From assembly GCF_006345805.1 (NCBI RefSeq), contig NC_042997.1, forward strand, positions 21,700,001 to 21,764,000: 64,000 nucleotides of DNA. The letters are read 5' to 3'. A model generated the notes under the pieces. The model had not been told where the DNA came from. It searched no databases and saw only the letters and a program-made list of their open reading frames with translations. A program made the position numbers and the translations under genes. Source of the DNA: Octopus sinensis (lineage: Eukaryota). Shown here in pieces: positions 60,850 through 64,000 of this stretch (position 1 is the first letter of the stretch; each line of letters starts with the position of its first letter).

Positions 60850-63240
60850 TAGTAAGTTATTTAACAAGACGTAAGTACTCTTCTCATTTTACTTGGACTC
60901 AACAACTAAACTAAGATTTACTTCGCTGCTATGAAAAAGCCCGAGATGACCCTTCATTCAGATACTGGGACAAAGCTCATCCCAACTTAAATACTTTCAC
61001 GCCGAAACAGCTCCGACAACAAGCATCTTTTGTAAAAAAAAAAAGAAAAAAATTATCCTCAATCATCCCAAAACACTGAGAATGGGCCAAAATTTACCAG
61101 ATGCGGCGTAAAAATAATGTAAGCAAACCATCGCTTCCGACCATCACTAAAGTTGAGTGTGTCTCCAAAGTTAGCTGACTCAGTAGCGAAGACTGAGGAA
61201 TGCATACAATTCAAGAACATTTTAAAATTACAATTCGCAAAAAATTTTGCTAGTTTCACGAAGCTTTCGTTGAACAACAGATCATTCCCAAGAGGAATGA
61301 GAAATAATCCGACTGATCTAATGTTTAAAGTTATCAGTGATGTCGCTGGAGAGCACATGGAATCATGTGAAGTTAATTACTAGAATATAAATACTCGTAT
61401 ATACACAGCCGTTATTACTCTTAAAATATACCTAGGAGAAATCTACAGTAAACAAAGTCTTTCTGTACTTCTTTTCATTTTGGCACTGAATCCATCATCA
61501 TTCCTACTGCAGAAAACAAATGGTTACATGTTAGGATCTTCAACTGCTAGAAATATCAATGTAACTCATAATTTCTTTGTAGACGACCACAAGATTTATG
61601 CTAAAAGTGTTAACAATACCAAAAAACAACTGGAGTTAATAACAACATTCTCAGCTGATACAGGTATGGGATTTAGCCCAAAGAAATGTTCACATTTGGT
61701 AATAGAACGAGGAAAGTAAGTCCTCCAAATCCAAAACCTGTGCATCAACGGTCTCTCTATCTTCCCCATTCCACACAAAGTATGTTACAAGTACCTAGGC
61801 ATAGACGAAAATGTATCATATAAAGGCATTATGAATAAAGATAGAGCGACCCGAGAATATTATACCAGACTTAGGAAAATATGGCAGTCGGTTCTCTCCT
61901 CTTACAACAAAACAATATCCCACAATGCATTTGCAGTGCCAGTGCTGATGCTAACATTTGGGATACTTGATTGATCTGTAGAGGAAACCTTTCCTTAGAT
62001 ATCAAAACCCGCAAAATCCTGACAACAACTGGAAACTTCCACAGAAACAATGATGTTGACGGGCTCTCCCTAAGAAAAAAATGAAGGTGGTAGAGGCCTG
62101 AGATCAGTGCAGACTGCCTTCCAATGCCGTATGGTATCATTCAGGCAGCACCTGCTAAACAACAGCAGTAAAAATAAATATATAAATGCAGTGCTGAAAA
62201 GTGAAGTAAACAACATTGTACGAGTTGGCAGTGAGCTCCTCAAGAAGCAATCTCTTCCTGATGATCGCCTATGCAGCCCCAAAACAGCTGGGTTCTTTTA
62301 TCTCAGAAATGACCAGGATGGAAAACACTCAGCATACAAAAAAAATAAAAAGACTATGCATGGGTATGTTACCTGGAAGCTTGAAGAAGAAAGTAAAATT
62401 GACACGAAGCGCAGCCTCTCTTGGACACAAGACCACTACACCACACTTTGAAGGCTATGCGTTTGCAATCCAGGAACGGGAGATTGCCACAAAGTACCTG
62501 GTGAACAAGAAAGACAGTGACGCTGTTGTAACCCCAAGGTGCGACCGCATGTGTAGGCTATGTCATCTTTCTGTGAAAGACATCACGCATGTGATTAGCA
62601 GCTGTCCTAAAATGTCATCACGCTACTACCTCCCTATGCGGCACGATGTTGTTGCTAAAACAATTTACAATACCATCCGCAAAAAAAGACTATCCTGAAA
62701 TAAACTTAGAAAATCTCTCTGTTATGGAATACATTCATAAACACCAACTCAAGGAATACAGGTGGAATATTTCCATCAAAACTTCTGACAAATGTAAGCA
62801 TAACAGGCTGGATATTGTTTGGGACAGAGGGGCAAGGGTATGTACCGTCATAGAGGTCAGCTGCCCTGTAGATATAAATATCTGTTTGAAAATCAAAGAA
62901 AAAGAGGATATCTATGGACAACAGCTTCGAAACCGCCAGCTTCTATATCCAGACTATGAATTCATATTCATACCAATAATAATTGGAGCACTAGGTTCTG
63001 TTAGTAAATGCTTAGAGGATAATCTGGATAAACTGTGATTTTCAGAAAGAGAAATCGACTGGCTAATACGTACATTACAAGACTAATATGTGAGTGGAAC
63101 AGCAAAAGTATGCAAGACTTTTCTCAAAATCCAATTGTGAATTTGTCTGTGTTAACTACATTCAAAAGATGGAGCTTTGTATCTTTGTTGGAAACCAGTT
63201 CTTTCCTCAATGGAAGATTTATAATAATTAAAAATAGAAG
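60850..63240 (+). mobile_element. Degraded R4/Dong-clade RLE non-LTR retrotransposon with apparent internal deletion
   Basis: SLSVLLFILALNP, FFVDDHKIYA...GMGFSPKKC, YKYLGI, EGGRGL, CRLCHLSVKDITHVISSC (CCHC), RHDVVAK, and DIVWDR...VIEVSCP...K (RLE). Many stops and frameshifts. Confidence 0.85.
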
Positions 63241-63242
63241 AT

Positions 63243-63330
63243 ACATACATACACACACACATACATACATACATACATACATACATACATACATACATAC
63301 ATACATACATACATACATACATACATACAT
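63243..63330. repeat. (ACAT)n microsatellite after the R4/Dong 3' end
   Basis: Direct reading. Confidence 0.95.
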
Positions 63331-63334
63331 AAAA

Positions 63335-63580
63335 GTTGATTCAAAGACTACAGATCCAAGCCATCACTAAAACTGTAAAAATCTGTTAAACTTTCGAAAA
63401 GTTTTCTCATTTAAGATTATCTGTGCATGTCTAGTTATGCAACAATATGCATGAAGATACTTACATAAAACAATACATACAAATCTGCACATATTCATAC
63501 AAAAATACCTCGTTGATGTTCTTAAAATTCCATGAACGAGCCTTGGATCTTAGGCTAGTAACCAGCTGTTTCTCTATTGT
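63335..63580 (+). repeat. Dispersed repeat family X (copy 3)
   Basis: Reverse-complement match to 13985-14335. Confidence 0.7.
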
Positions 63581-63693
63581 ACATACATACATAAATACAT
63601 AGGGAGAGTTTATGAAAAAAAACAAAAGACGAAGACAGGTCGTGTACAAAACAAACAGATGTATTAGTATAACGCTCAGGAATAGAAAAAGTA

Positions 63694-63727
63694 TTTTACG
63701 TTTCGAGCCTACGCTCTTCTACAGAAA
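63694..63727 (-). ncRNA. Minimal hammerhead-like motif (variant core CUGUAGA)
   Basis: Minus strand TTT-CTGTAGA-A-GAGC(gtag)GCTC-GAAA-CG-TA-AAA. Stem II is 4 bp, stem III is the palindrome ACGT, the triplet is GUA, and stem I is UUU/AAA. Confidence 0.5.
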
Positions 63728-63790
63728 GGGACATCGAAAAAACAAGGGGAGAAACAAGGAGAGTAAAAATGTGTGTAGTGGCTACATACA

Positions 63791-63822
<32 letters not shown>

Positions 63823-64000
63823 CACATTTTACATCTCAGCAATTTGCCACTCTCCGGAGGAATGTATCCAGACCTTCGAATATTTTGTCTTATTTCCAAA
63901 AGGTAGTGTTGCTGACCTTGTCAACTAACGTTTATGGCATTCACTTCCAATTTTCCATACTTTTTGAAAGCATCCATTAACAATTATGTCTCTTTCACTC

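Overview
AT-rich, repeat-dominated eukaryotic genomic DNA. The SINE/LINE repertoire strongly suggests an octopus (inferred from recalled repeat sequences; no database search was run). The one well-supported host gene is a two-coding-exon, plus-strand Golgi-type carbohydrate sulfotransferase (Sulfotransfer_2/CHST11-like; 23207-24229 + 24987-25322, about 452 aa). The rest is largely mobile DNA. It includes a young full-length Mag-like Ty3/Gypsy element (17440-21980; 238-bp LTRs with 2 mismatches; CCGAC TSD; frameshifted pol) and a nested solo LTR. It also includes a 5'-inverted (twin-primed) L1/Tx1 insertion in a (TA)n tract, degraded Penelope, R4/Dong, RTE and CR1 LINEs, a Chapaev3-like and a Tc1/mariner DNA transposon, Helitron/Helentron-type elements, MITEs, many tRNA-derived SINEs (some as concatemers), microsatellites and a 100-N gap. 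The most unusual signal is a set of hammerhead-ribozyme-like motifs with palindromic stem III in at least three (possibly four) different short non-coding repeat families. The best preserved (6637-6709) lies in a ~560-bp unit with a 210-bp inverted arm, resembling Penelope pseudo-LTRs or retrozymes. Repeat boundaries were placed by eye and are approximate unless a TSD or TIR is quoted.
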